Under the pieces are notes generated by a model that had not been told where the DNA came from, did not search any database, and worked only from the letters and a program-made list of their open reading frames with translations. Source: an uncultured Candidatus Rokubacteria bacterium (GTDB lineage Bacteria > Methylomirabilota > Methylomirabilia > Rokubacteriales > CSP1-6). From it: DNA of 64,000 nucleotides. Positions 1 to 9,256 of this stretch are shown piece after piece; the first letter of the stretch is position 1, and every line of letters begins with the position of its first letter. The stretch covers positions 1,670,663 to 1,734,662 of the forward strand of contig CAWHBD010000001.1 of NCBI GenBank assembly GCA_963827505.1. The letters run 5' to 3'. A program made the translations under genes and the position numbers.

Positions 1-3
1 GTG

Positions 4-2316
4 CTAGCGGGCGGCCAGTGCGAGCGCGATCCGCTCGGGCGTGAGCGGCGCCTCGGTGAGGCGGACGCCGGTCGCCTCGTGGATCGCGTTGGCGAGGGCG
101 GCCGGGGCCGGAACGATGGGCGGCTCACCGACGCCGCGGGCGCCGAACGGGCCGGCCGGCGCCGGGACCTCGACGATGATCGTCTCGATGTTGGGGAGAT
201 CGGCCGCCGTCAGCTTGCGGTAGTCGAGCAGGCTGGCGTTCATCAACCGGCCGTTGTCGTCGTACATGAACCCCTCGGTCAGCGCGATGCCGAGGCTCTG
301 CACGGCGCCGCCCTGCATCTGGCCCTCGACGCCGAGCGGGTTGATCGCCTTGCCGGCGTCCTGCACGACCACGAAGTCGTGCAGCGTCAGCTCGCCGGTG
401 TCGGGATCGACCTCGATGCGGGCCAGCTGGGCCGCGAAAGCCGGAGCCTGCACGGCGAAAGCCGGGTGGGCCACGCCGAGCACCGGCGGGACCTTGGACA
501 TGTAGAGGTTGCCTTTCTTGCCGATCGAGGCCAGCGTGACGCCCTTGTCGGGCACGCCGCGCACGACGACGCGGCCGTCCTCGATCTCGAGGTCCTCGAT
601 GGCCGCCTCCATCTCCTTGGCGGCGATCTCCAGCGTTTGCCGGCGGGCATCCTGGGCCGCCTGCAGCACGGCGGTGCCGACGGTGTAGATGGTCTTGCTG
701 CCGGCGCTGAGCCCGGTCATGGGCGCGGTGTCGGTGTCGCCGGTGGTGATCTTGACCCGGTCGATGTCGACGCCGTAGGCGGTCGCCGCGATCTGGGCCA
801 GCGCGATGTTGGTGCCGGCGATGTCGACCTGGCCGGTCAGCACCTGCAGCGAGCCGTCGGGATTGAGCCGCACGGTGGCGCCGGTCGGCTGCAGGCCGGG
901 GATCCAGCCGCCCACGGCCAGCCCGACACCGCGCAGCCCGTGGCCGTTCTTGCCGCCGCTGGCCTTCCACTCTGCCCGGCTCTTCCACAGCGGGTGCTCG
1001 GCCATCCGGGCCAGGCACTGCTTGGCGCCGTTGCTCTGCCACGGCTGCCCGTTGGCCATCGGGTCGCCTTCCTTCATCAGGTGGCGCATGCGGAAATCGA
1101 CGGAATCGAGGCCGAGCTCGCGCGCCATCTGCTCCATCTGGGAGTCGATGGCGAAGAAGGTCTGGGGGGCGGTCGGCGCCCGGTAGGCGGCGATCGACGG
1201 TTTGTGGGTCAGCACCTCGAAGGCACGCACCTCGAAGTTCGGGAACTGGTAGACGCTGGACACGAACACCGCGCTCATCGTGAGCACGGCCCCCGAGTAC
1301 GCGCCCGACTCGATGATCGTCTCGGCGTCGAGCGCCGTCAGCGAGCCGTCGCGCTTGGCGCCGGTCTTGAGCTTGATGATGACCTGGGGCGCCGGCATGC
1401 CGGCATCGAGCTCCTCGCGCCGGGTCATCACGTATCGCACCGGCCGCCGGGTGACGCGGGCCAGGATGGCCGTGATCGGCTCGCACAGCGCGCGGATCTT
1501 GCCGCCGAAGCCGCCGCCGCACTCCACCGGGATAACCTTGATCTGGTTCTCCTCGATGTGCAGCACGTCGGCCACTTCCGAGCGCGTGTTGAACGAGCCC
1601 TGGGTGCTCGAGTAGAGCGTGAGCTGGCCGTTGGTGTCCCACTGGGCCAGCACAGCGTGGGGCTCGAGGTAGCCCTGGTGCACCATCGGCACCCGGTAGG
1701 TCTTCTCGACGATCACGTCGGACTCGGCGAAGGCCTTGGCGACGTCGCCACGGCCGAGCTTGGCCTGCTGCGAGATGTTGACGGCCTTGGTCGGTGCCGC
1801 CTCCGTCTTGGCCACGGCCACGCCGGAGTGGGCGAGCGCCTCGCTGGTGTCGGCCTCGGTACCGGCATCGGCCACCGGGGGGGCGCCGACCTGCATCGCC
1901 TTGATCGGATCGACGGAGGCCGGCAGCACCTCGTACTGCACGTCGATGAGGTCACACGCCTCCTCGGCGATGGCCAGTTCGTCGGCGGCCACGGCCGCGA
2001 CCGGCTGGCCGACGAACACGACGCGATCGATCGCCAGCATGGCGTGGGCGCGGGTGGCGGCCTTGCGCTTGAGCTCGGGGATGTCGCGCGCGCTCAGCAC
2101 GGCCCGCACGCCCGGCAGCGCCTTGGCGCGCGTGGTGTCGATCTTCACGATGCGGGCGTGAGCGTGGGGGCTGCGTAGCAGCTTGGCGTGCAGCATCCCC
2201 TTGGGCTTGATGTCGGCGACGTACTGCACCTGGCCGGTCACCTTCTCCGGCCCGTCCGGCCGCGGAATGGCCAGGCCGATCCCCTTGATCTCACGCGTCG
2301 TCTTCATCACGGCCAT
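4..2316 (-). CDS. Xanthine dehydrogenase / CO dehydrogenase family molybdopterin-binding large subunit (CoxL / aldehyde oxidoreductase-like)
   Basis: 770-aa ORF with ATG at 2316 and TAG at 4-6. The N-terminus (IPRPDGPEKVTGQVQYVADIKPKGMLHAKLLRSPHAHARI) is the typical start of this family. It is the last gene of an M-S-L subunit operon, 4 nt downstream of the 2Fe-2S subunit. Confidence 0.9.
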   Translation of the reverse strand: MAVMKTTREIKGIGLAIPRPDGPEKVTGQVQYVADIKPKGMLHAKLLRSPHAHARIVKIDTTRAKALPGVRAVLSARDIPELKRKAATRAHAMLAIDRVVFVGQPVAAVAADELAIAEEACDLIDVQYEVLPASVDPIKAMQVGAPPVADAGTEADTSEALAHSGVAVAKTEAAPTKAVNISQQAKLGRGDVAKAFAESDVIVEKTYRVPMVHQGYLEPHAVLAQWDTNGQLTLYSSTQGSFNTRSEVADVLHIEENQIKVIPVECGGGFGGKIRALCEPITAILARVTRRPVRYVMTRREELDAGMPAPQVIIKLKTGAKRDGSLTALDAETIIESGAYSGAVLTMSAVFVSSVYQFPNFEVRAFEVLTHKPSIAAYRAPTAPQTFFAIDSQMEQMARELGLDSVDFRMRHLMKEGDPMANGQPWQSNGAKQCLARMAEHPLWKSRAEWKASGGKNGHGLRGVGLAVGGWIPGLQPTGATVRLNPDGSLQVLTGQVDIAGTNIALAQIAATAYGVDIDRVKITTGDTDTAPMTGLSAGSKTIYTVGTAVLQAAQDARRQTLEIAAKEMEAAIEDLEIEDGRVVVRGVPDKGVTLASIGKKGNLYMSKVPPVLGVAHPAFAVQAPAFAAQLARIEVDPDTGELTLHDFVVVQDAGKAINPLGVEGQMQGGAVQSLGIALTEGFMYDDNGRLMNASLLDYRKLTAADLPNIETIIVEVPAPAGPFGARGVGEPPIVPAPAALANAIHEATGVRLTEAPLTPERIALALAAR

Positions 2317-2320
2317 GGCG

Positions 2321-2803
2321 TCAGGCTCCCTTGGCGGGCGCAGCGCCCGCGACTTCGGTGATCGCCGCCAGCATCTTCGTGTAGCCCGTGCACCGGCACA
2401 GGTTGCCGGCGATGCCGTAGCGAATCTGTTCCTCGGTGGGGTGCGGGTTCTCGGCCAGCAGCGCGGTGGCCGCCATCAGCACGCCCGGGATACAGAAGCC
2501 GCACTGGGGCACGCCCAGGCGGACGAACGCCTCCTGCAGCGGGTGCAGGGTGCTGGAGTCGGCCAGCCCCTCGATGGTGCGGACGCGACGTCCGCGGACC
2601 TGCATGGCCAGCATCAGGCAGCTGGCGACCGGCTCGCCGTCCAGGTGGACGGTGCAGGCTCCGCAATCGCCGGTGCCGCAGCCTTCCTTCGGTCCGGTCA
2701 GCCCCAGGTCTTCGCGCAGGGCATCGAGCAGCGTCACGTACGGCTGCACGAGGACCTCCACGTTCTCGCCGTTGATGGTGCAGCTCAGGATTTGCTTCGG
2801 CAC
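2321..2803 (-). CDS. (2Fe-2S)-binding small subunit of the molybdenum hydroxylase (CoxS-like)
   Basis: 160 aa with a GTG start preceded by GGAGG. Both cluster motifs are present: CGTGDCGACTV and GFCIPG...CRCTGY. Confidence 0.92.
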   Translation of the reverse strand: MPKQILSCTINGENVEVLVQPYVTLLDALREDLGLTGPKEGCGTGDCGACTVHLDGEPVASCLMLAMQVRGRRVRTIEGLADSSTLHPLQEAFVRLGVPQCGFCIPGVLMAATALLAENPHPTEEQIRYGIAGNLCRCTGYTKMLAAITEVAGAAPAKGA

Positions 2804-2821
2804 GAGCGCTCCTCCCGGATA

Positions 2822-3686
2822 TCAGCCGCCCGCGCGTTCGAGCGCGGTGCGGAGTGTGCGACGAGTCAGGACACGAACCAGGTGCAGGCGGTAGTCGGAC
2901 GAGCCGCGCTGATCGCTGATGGGCTTGGCGGCGCCGATGGCCAGCTCGGCCGCCCGCTCGATCGCCTCCGGCGTGACGGGCTTGCCCTCCAGCGCTTGCT
3001 CGGCCGCCCGCGCCCGCAGCGGGGTCGGGGCCACCGCGGCCAGCGCGATGCGCGCCTTCGCGCACACGCCGTTGTTCAGCGTGAGCTGCGAGGCCACGCC
3101 CACCACGGCGATATCCAGCTCGCGCCGCGGCGTGTGTCGCAGGTAGTTGCCACCGCTGCGGGGACCCGGCGCCGGCACCGAGATCTCGACCAGCATCTCG
3201 CCGGGGCCGAGAACCGTGCGCCGCACCCCCATGAAGAAGTCGGCGAACGGCACCCGCCGCTCGCCGGCCGGCCCCACGATGACAGCCTCGGCGTCCAGGG
3301 CCAGCAGGGGTGGCGCCATGTCGGCCGACGGCGCCGCGTTGCAGAGGTTGCCGCCTAGCGTGGCCAGGTTGCGTACCTGCACGGAGCCGACCATCGCCGC
3401 GCTCTCCGAGAGCGAGGTGTAGGTGCCCCGGGCGGTGGCGTCCCGCTCGAGAGCGCGGGCGGAGACGGCGGCGCCGACCCGGAGACCACGGCCGTCGGCC
3501 TGCAATGTGTGGACGCGCTCCACACCGGACAGGTCCACGACACAGGCCGGCTTGAGCACGCCGTTCTTCATCTGGGGCAGCAGGTCGGTCCCGCCAGCCA
3601 GCAGCTTCGCGTCGGGACCACGGTCCTTCAGGATCTGCAAGAGCCTCGTCGAGACTGCGAGGCAGGGCTAGCTCGAATCGTCGCAC
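2822..3686 (-). pseudogene. FAD-binding medium subunit (CoxM-like), with a +1 frameshift about 15 codons into the gene (or an indel error)
   Basis: The body (LQILKDRGPDAKLLAGGTDLLPQMK...) runs in the frame ending at 3640. The conserved N-terminus MRRFELALPRSLDEAL is encoded from GTG 3686 in the neighbouring frame. The two join seamlessly if one base near 3638-3641 is removed. Confidence 0.8.
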
Positions 3687-3737
3687 TCGGACACTCCGGC
3701 GTCAGGGTGAACGGCTCGGTCCGTCGCGCCACTCTTA

Positions 3738-3757
3738 CTATGCTCATGCGAGCATAG
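3738..3757. promoter_or_regulatory. Candidate operator: inverted repeat CTATGCTC-ATGC-GAGCATAG
   Basis: Perfect 8-bp arms with a 4-bp spacer. It lies in the relatively AT-rich divergent intergenic region between the cox-like operon and the VOC operon. Confidence 0.3.
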
Positions 3758-3935
3758 TCAATTGCGTCACCGCGCACAGATCCTAGCACTTCTGGGCCGG
3801 TCCGTCTGGTGATGGTATCGTTGCCGGCGCCGAGGCGTCGTCGCCCGGTCCACGGAGGAACCCCGAAGAAGCCCTAGTCGACGAGCGGCGGCGGGCCCGG
3901 CGACAGCCGGCGCCGCCGCGGGAGAGGATGCCGCC

Positions 3936-4325
3936 ATGCTGGGAGACGTGATCGAGCTATCGGTCGTCGTGCGCGACCTGGACGAAGCCGTCGAGCGCTT
4001 CACGAAGCTGTTCGGCCTCAAGGTCCACCACCGCGGCGAATCGAAGGACTTCGGCTTCAAGAACGCGATCCTGCCGACCGGCATCGGCCACATCGAGCTG
4101 ATGCAGCCGACCGACCCCGACAAGGCCGTGGGGAAGTTCCTGGCCAAGAACGGCGAGGGCGTATACCTCGTCGGCTTCGAGTGCAAGGACGTGCCCGGCG
4201 CGGTCGCCAAGCTCCGGGGCGACGGCGTCCGCGTGGACAGCCCGCGCGCGGACCTCGCCTGGGTCCACCCTCGCGCTACCCATGGGCTGTTCGTCGAGCT
4301 CCGCCACCGCGAAACCTACGACTAG
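3936..4325 (+). CDS. VOC family protein (glyoxalase / methylmalonyl-CoA epimerase-like)
   Basis: 129 aa with ATG after GGGAGAGG. Shows a paired beta-alpha-beta-beta-beta style sequence (HIELMQPTDP...GEGVYLVGFECKD). Confidence 0.75.
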   Translation: MLGDVIELSVVVRDLDEAVERFTKLFGLKVHHRGESKDFGFKNAILPTGIGHIELMQPTDPDKAVGKFLAKNGEGVYLVGFECKDVPGAVAKLRGDGVRVDSPRADLAWVHPRATHGLFVELRHRETYD

Positions 4326-4336
4326 GAGGACACCAC

Positions 4337-5149
4337 GTGGCTCTCCAGATTCCGGACGACACGGGCCTGCGCGGCAAGGTAGCGGTGGTCACGGGCGGCG
4401 GCGCCGCCGGTGAGGGTATCGGCAACGGACGGGCGGCGGCGATCCTGCTGGCCAAGGCCGGCGCCCGCGTGGTGGTGGTCGACCGCGAGAAGGCTCTGGC
4501 CCAACGGACGGTGGCGCTGATCGAGGAGGCCGGCGGCGAGGCCGTCGCCGTCGAGGCCGACGTCACCCGCGCCGCCGACTGCGCGGCGGTGGTGCAGACC
4601 GCGCTCGACCGGTTCGGCCGCCTCGACCTGCTCGACAACAACGTGGGCATCGGCAGCCGCGGCACCGTCATCGACGAGACCGAGGAGAGCTGGCGACACG
4701 TCATGCAGGTCAACGTCGACAGCATGTTCCTGATGGCCAAGCACGCGATCCCCGCCATGCGGCGGGCGGGCGGCGGTGCCATCGTCAACGTGTCGTCGAT
4801 CTCGGCGCTGCGCCCGCGCGGCCTCACCGTCTACAGCGTCTCCAAGGGCGCCGTCATCGCGCTCACCCGCGCGATGGCCGTGGACCACGGGCGCGAGAAC
4901 ATCCGCGTGAACTGCGTGGCGCCGGGGCCGGTCTACACGCCGATGGTCTACGAGCGAGGCATGAGCCCGGTCGCCCGCGACCGCCGGCGCCAGGCCTCGG
5001 CCCTCGGCATCGAGGGCACCGGCTGGGACATCGGCCACGCCGTGCGCTTCCTGCTCTCCGACCACGCACGCTATGTCACCGGTCACGTGCTCGTCGTCGA
5101 CGGCGGCACCACGCTGTCCGCGCCCGAGCGCGACTCCTCATCGCATTGA
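4337..5149 (+). CDS. SDR family oxidoreductase
   Basis: GTG 4337 lies 7 nt after AGGAGG. Motifs VTGGGAAGEGIG (TGxxxGxG), NNVG and YSVSK (YxxxK) are present. The longer ORF from 4181 overlaps the VOC gene and its N-terminus is Arg-rich junk. Confidence 0.85.
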   Translation: MALQIPDDTGLRGKVAVVTGGGAAGEGIGNGRAAAILLAKAGARVVVVDREKALAQRTVALIEEAGGEAVAVEADVTRAADCAAVVQTALDRFGRLDLLDNNVGIGSRGTVIDETEESWRHVMQVNVDSMFLMAKHAIPAMRRAGGGAIVNVSSISALRPRGLTVYSVSKGAVIALTRAMAVDHGRENIRVNCVAPGPVYTPMVYERGMSPVARDRRRQASALGIEGTGWDIGHAVRFLLSDHARYVTGHVLVVDGGTTLSAPERDSSSH

Positions 5150-5153
5150 CGCC

Positions 5154-5993
5154 ATGGCCAAGACGATCGCGGCGCTGATCGAGGATCGCTTCGGGTTGCC
5201 GACCACGGTCGGCGCCGACCGGCCCGCCGAGGGGACGGTGGCGCAGCTGCTGGCCCACCGCACCCATCGTCGCTACAAGACCGACCCGGTGCCCGACGAC
5301 GTGCTGGAGATCGCGCTGGCGGCGGCGCTGTCGGCCCCGTCGAAGTCCGACCTCCAGCAGGTCGGCGTTGTCCTGGTGAAGGATCGGGCCAAGCAGGCCA
5401 CGATCGGCGGCTGGATCCCCGACATGCCGTGGATCGCCACGGCGCCGCTGTTCATGGTGTTCTGCGGCGACCACCGTCGCATCCGTCGGATCTCCGGCGA
5501 GCTGCGCCACCGCCCCTTCCCCAACGACACCCTCGACATGTTCATGAACGCCGCGGTCGACGCCGGCCTCGTGCTGCACGGGTTCATCACCGCCGCCGAG
5601 GCGCTGGGGCTCGGCTGCTGCCCCATCAGCGTCGTGCGTAACCACGTCGAGAAGCTGAGCGAGCTGCTGGAGCTGCCGGCCGGCGTGTTCCCCGTGGCCG
5701 GGTTGACGGTCGGCTATCCGAGCCAGCCTGGCTGGATCAGCCTGCGACTGCCGCCCGCGCTCACCGTCCACACCGATCGCTACGACGACGCCGACCTGCC
5801 CGCCGAGCTCGACGCCTACGACCGCCGCCGCGAGGGCCGCCACGCCACACCGCCGTCGGGCCAGCGTTTCGTGGAGCGCTTCGGCGTGGCCGAGCCGTAC
5901 GGCTGGTCGGAGGACAAGGCGCGCCAGTACTCGGTGCCCGAGCGCCACAACTTCGGCCCGTTCATCCGCGGCCACGGCTTCGGGCTGGCCTGA
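5154..5993 (+). CDS. Nitroreductase family protein
   Basis: Starts at ATG 5154 (MAKTIAALIE). The motif RTHRRYKTDPVPDDVLEIALAAALSAPSKSDLQQ is typical of the family. Confidence 0.78.
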   Translation: MAKTIAALIEDRFGLPTTVGADRPAEGTVAQLLAHRTHRRYKTDPVPDDVLEIALAAALSAPSKSDLQQVGVVLVKDRAKQATIGGWIPDMPWIATAPLFMVFCGDHRRIRRISGELRHRPFPNDTLDMFMNAAVDAGLVLHGFITAAEALGLGCCPISVVRNHVEKLSELLELPAGVFPVAGLTVGYPSQPGWISLRLPPALTVHTDRYDDADLPAELDAYDRRREGRHATPPSGQRFVERFGVAEPYGWSEDKARQYSVPERHNFGPFIRGHGFGLA

Positions 5994-5994
5994 C

Positions 5995-6546
5995 GTGGAC
6001 GAGGCTCGCATCGCCCCCCGCGAGCCTCCCTACCCGGAGGCGATCACCGCCGCGCTGGAGCGAATCATGCCGCCCGGCGTGGCGCCGCTCACCCTGTTCC
6101 GCACGCTGGCCGTGAACGAGCGGGTGTTCCTGCGGCTCATGGCCGGCGGCCTGCTTGACCGTGGCTCGATCACGCTACGGGAGCAGGAGATCGTCATCGA
6201 CCGCACCTGCTCCCGCTGCGGCGCCGAGTACGAGTGGGGCGTGCACGTCGCCTTCTTCGCCGAGCGGGTGGGCTTCACCGAGCGTGAGATTGCCGGGACG
6301 TGCGCGCCCGACCCGGCGACAAGCGGGTTCGACGCCCGCGAGCAGCAGCTGCTGCGGCTGGTCAACGAGCTCCACGACACGGCCCGAGTGAGCGATGGGC
6401 TGTGGCAGGCGCTGCGCGCCGCGTGGAGTGAGGAGCAGCTGATCGAGCTGCTGGCGCTGGCCGGTTTCTACCACCTGATCGCGTTCACCACCAACGCCTT
6501 CCGCATCCCGCTCGAGTCGTACGGCGCGCGCTTCCCGGCGCGCTGA
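5995..6546 (+). CDS. Carboxymuconolactone decarboxylase (AhpD-like) family protein
   Basis: 183 aa. GTG 5995 lies 1 nt after the upstream stop. The CMD-type core is CSRCGAEYEWGVHV. Confidence 0.75.
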   Translation: MDEARIAPREPPYPEAITAALERIMPPGVAPLTLFRTLAVNERVFLRLMAGGLLDRGSITLREQEIVIDRTCSRCGAEYEWGVHVAFFAERVGFTEREIAGTCAPDPATSGFDAREQQLLRLVNELHDTARVSDGLWQALRAAWSEEQLIELLALAGFYHLIAFTTNAFRIPLESYGARFPAR

Positions 6547-6549
6547 GCC

Positions 6550-8757
6550 TCAGCGGCCCTGACGACCGCGCTCGTCCTTGGCGCGCCCGTCGCCCGGCCG
6601 CGCCGGCGGCACGCGCGGAGCAGCGGCCGGCCGGTGCTGCGCCGCGGGATGCACGGCCTCGGGCCGTCGCCCGGCGTCCGGCGCCGCCGCCCGCCGCGGC
6701 GCCTCGACCCGTGGTGCCTCCGCGCGCGGCGGCTCCGGCCGGCGCATCTCCACCCGTGGGGCCTCTGACCGTCGCGGCTCGGGCCGCGGCGCCTCGACGC
6801 GCGGCGGCTCCACGCGCGGCACGTCCTGCCGTCGCGGCTCCGGACGCGGCGTATCCACCCGCGGAATCTCCGGCCGCCGCGGCTCGACATCCGGTGGGGT
6901 CTCCACGCGCCGTGGCGTGTCCACCCGCGGGACCTCGGGCCGCCGCGGCGTTTCCACGCGTGGCTCCGGGCGCGGCGCCTCCACCCGCGGAGTCTCCGGC
7001 CGCCGCGGCTCGACGACCCGTGGCGTCTCCACCCGCGGGGCGTCAACGCGCCGCGGCGTCTCCACCCGCGGCTCCGGCCGTGGCGTGTCCACCCGCGGGA
7101 CCTCGGGGCGGCGCGGCGCCTCCACTCGAGGCGCGACCCGCGGCGTGTCCACGCGCGGAGTCTCGGGCCGCCGCGGTGTTTCTACCCGTGGCTCCGGCCG
7201 CGGCGCGTCCACGCGCGGAGTCTCGGCGCGGGGCGTCTCCCGCCGCGGCCCTTCCACTCGTGGAGCGTCCGGGCGACGGTCGTCGCCTCGCGGCCGGTCG
7301 GCACGCGGCGTGTCGATGGTGCGCGGACGATCACCCGGTCGCGCGTCACGCTCACCGTCGCGCCCCACTCCCGGTCGCGCGTCACGCCGGTCGTCGCGCC
7401 CGACCGGCGGCTCCGGCCGTGCCGCCGGCGGCCGCGAGAACACCACGCGCCGCCGGACCTGGTCCTCGGGCGGGCGCTGGGCGTGGCCGCCGGCGCCGCG
7501 GAAGCTCACGGCGTCCGGCTTCACGTCGAGCCGGCCGTGCACGGGCCGCAGTCGCCCGACGTCGGGCCGCGCGATCCGGCCGTCGCGGACGGCGCCCCGG
7601 CCGAAGTGATCGGAGCGCACCACCACCACCGCATTGACGACGGTCACGTTGCGATGAACGGTCAACTGGTGCACTCGGGGACCGCCCCAGCCGCCCCACC
7701 ACGGCCGCCCGACGAACCCCGTCCGGCCCCACCAAGGAACGACCGGCTCGCCCCAGCCGAGGGCGACCCAGCCGATCGACGGGCCGCCGATCGCCGGTGA
7801 GCCGAAGAACGCCACGAGCGCGGGCGCGTACGCGGGTCGCACGACGATCGGGCCCGGCGCCCACGCCCACCGGCCGCCGAGCGACACCCAGCGACCGTAG
7901 TGGTACGGGGCCCAGCCCCACGACGCGGTGTCGAGCCACGTCCACCCGAAGCGCGGGTCCCAGATCCAGCGACCGCTGCTGTACGGCGCCCAGTCGGCGG
8001 CGACGCCGGCCGGCACCCACACCGAGCCGTAGGTCGGATCCGAGCGCCAGGCACCGTGGCGCTCCAGCTCGTCGGCGCCGTAGACCTGGGGCGGCACGTA
8101 ACGGGCACTGACCGGGGCCACCAGCGCCGCGGTGCGGGCGTCGTTCCAGCGATCCCACACGTCGGGCTCGGCGGCGGCGAGGCGGCGCACCGTGCCGCCC
8201 TCGAGGATCACGGCCTCCCCGGGTGCGATGGCGCCGCCGGGACCCTCCGCGGTCGTCAGGCTGGCCCGGCCCGAGCGCCGCGTGACGAACGAGGTGCGCT
8301 CGCCGGCGACATCCACACGGTAGTAGCCCGGCTGGTCGATCGTGAACGCGGCGGCAGGCGTGTCGATCTCCAGCACGTCGCCGGGATCGACGCTCCGGAG
8401 GTCGAGAGCGACGTGGCCGGCCGTCACCCGGAGCTGCACGAAGCTCGGGTCGTGCCGGGTCAGCGCGAGCTGGCTATCGCCCCAGGCACGCACGAAGGCC
8501 TGCCCGCCCACCTGGACCTCGAGATTTCCATCACGGCTGGTGTACAGCTCGTCGCCCTCGGCCAGCGGCGTGTTGACCTGAGCCGGCGCCCAGTCGTCAC
8601 CGCCCGGGCGCCAGAATGAGACGGAGCCGGTGGTGTAGCTCAGGCGGGGCGGCGTGGCGTCGGCCGCGGCCTCGCTCTCCGCGGAGGCCCCGGCGTGGCC
8701 GGCCAGCCCGAGCAGCGTGGCGAACACCATCACCGCGGCCAGGGTCCGTCTCAGCAT
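6550..8757 (-). CDS. Exported FecR-like / DUF6600-like protein with a C-terminal Pro-Arg-Val-Glu tandem-repeat tail
   Basis: ATG 8757 sits 7 nt after GGAGGA; an alternative ATG is at 8772. Signal peptide MLRRTLAAVMVFATLLGLAGHAGA. A FecR-like stretch (GDELYTSRDGNLEVQVGGQAFVRAW) is followed by a Trp-rich block (WGWAPYHYGRW) and then the repeat tail. Confidence 0.75.
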   Translation of the reverse strand: MLRRTLAAVMVFATLLGLAGHAGASAESEAAADATPPRLSYTTGSVSFWRPGGDDWAPAQVNTPLAEGDELYTSRDGNLEVQVGGQAFVRAWGDSQLALTRHDPSFVQLRVTAGHVALDLRSVDPGDVLEIDTPAAAFTIDQPGYYRVDVAGERTSFVTRRSGRASLTTAEGPGGAIAPGEAVILEGGTVRRLAAAEPDVWDRWNDARTAALVAPVSARYVPPQVYGADELERHGAWRSDPTYGSVWVPAGVAADWAPYSSGRWIWDPRFGWTWLDTASWGWAPYHYGRWVSLGGRWAWAPGPIVVRPAYAPALVAFFGSPAIGGPSIGWVALGWGEPVVPWWGRTGFVGRPWWGGWGGPRVHQLTVHRNVTVVNAVVVVRSDHFGRGAVRDGRIARPDVGRLRPVHGRLDVKPDAVSFRGAGGHAQRPPEDQVRRRVVFSRPPAARPEPPVGRDDRRDARPGVGRDGERDARPGDRPRTIDTPRADRPRGDDRRPDAPRVEGPRRETPRAETPRVDAPRPEPRVETPRRPETPRVDTPRVAPRVEAPRRPEVPRVDTPRPEPRVETPRRVDAPRVETPRVVEPRRPETPRVEAPRPEPRVETPRRPEVPRVDTPRRVETPPDVEPRRPEIPRVDTPRPEPRRQDVPRVEPPRVEAPRPEPRRSEAPRVEMRRPEPPRAEAPRVEAPRRAAAPDAGRRPEAVHPAAQHRPAAAPRVPPARPGDGRAKDERGRQGR
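6700..7265 (-). repeat. In-frame tandem repeat encoding about 30 degenerate P-R-[VR]-[ED]-[TA]-P units
   Basis: Translation reads PRVETPRRPETPRVDTPRVAPRVEAPRRPEVPRVDTPRPEPRVETPRRVDAPRVETPRVVEPRRPETPRVEAPRPEPRVETPRRPEVPRVDTPRR.... The same periodicity produces long spurious ORFs in the other frames. Confidence 0.85.
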
Positions 8758-8795
8758 GGCGACATCCTCCATGGGATCACGCCAATGAGACGAAC

Positions 8796-8831
8796 GGAGC
8801 CCCGGGATTCTTCATCGAACCCCGGGGCTCC
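8796..8831 (-). terminator. Hairpin downstream of the receiver gene (putative intrinsic terminator)
   Basis: Perfect 11-bp stem GGAGCCCCGGG / CCCGGGGCTCC with a 14-nt loop, 24 nt after the stop at 8855. On the transcribed strand it is followed by GTTCGTCTCATT. Confidence 0.4.
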
Positions 8832-8854
8832 GTGTCAGGAAGGGAACGCGAGGG

Positions 8855-9256
8855 TCAGGATGCGGTGCAGGTCCGTCCCGAGGCTAGCCGGGCCACCGTC
8901 GCGGAGAACTCGACGACCTGTACGGGCTTGGCAAGGTGGTCGTCGAAGCCGGCCTGGCAGACCCGCTCCTTCGAGTGACGGACCGGATCACCGGTGACCG
9001 CCAGCGCCGGGATGCGGTTACCAGGAAGCTCACGCAGCGCGCGGATGAGCCAGTAGCCGTCGTCGCCGGGCATCATGATGTCACTCACGACGGCGTCGGG
9101 CGTCTCCTCCTGCGCCATCAGCAGGGCGGCGCGGGCGGAGGTTGCGACCCGGACGCGGGCTCCGGCCAAGCTCAGAACTTCTCGGTAGAGCTCCAGTGGC
9201 CCTGGATCGTCGTCGACAACAAGGACGGTCAGCCCTTCGAGCTTCCGCGAAAGCAT
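8855..9256 (-). CDS. Single-domain response regulator (receiver only)
   Basis: 133 aa with LVVDDD, the phospho-acceptor context VVSDIMMPGDDG, and the conserved Lys in HLAKP. There is no output domain and no kinase gene nearby. Confidence 0.85.
   Translation of the reverse strand: MLSRKLEGLTVLVVDDDPGPLELYREVLSLAGARVRVATSARAALLMAQEETPDAVVSDIMMPGDDGYWLIRALRELPGNRIPALAVTGDPVRHSKERVCQAGFDDHLAKPVQVVEFSATVARLASGRTCTAS

Noticed and set aside
1-2178. 725-aa plus-strand ORF covering the left end of the window
   Set aside because: It is antisense to the well-supported CoxL-like gene. Its translation is Arg/Gly/Ala/Asp-rich low-information sequence, typical of shadow ORFs in 70% GC DNA.
6468-7637. Periodic DNA that could be mistaken for a CRISPR-like or minisatellite array, plus three long alternative-frame ORFs (GRRGVSTRG-type repeats)
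   Set aside because: The periodicity is 15-33 nt with no unique spacer-sized inserts. It lies wholly inside the coding frame of the FecR/DUF6600-like gene. The other ORFs are mirror or frame images of the PRVETP repeat.
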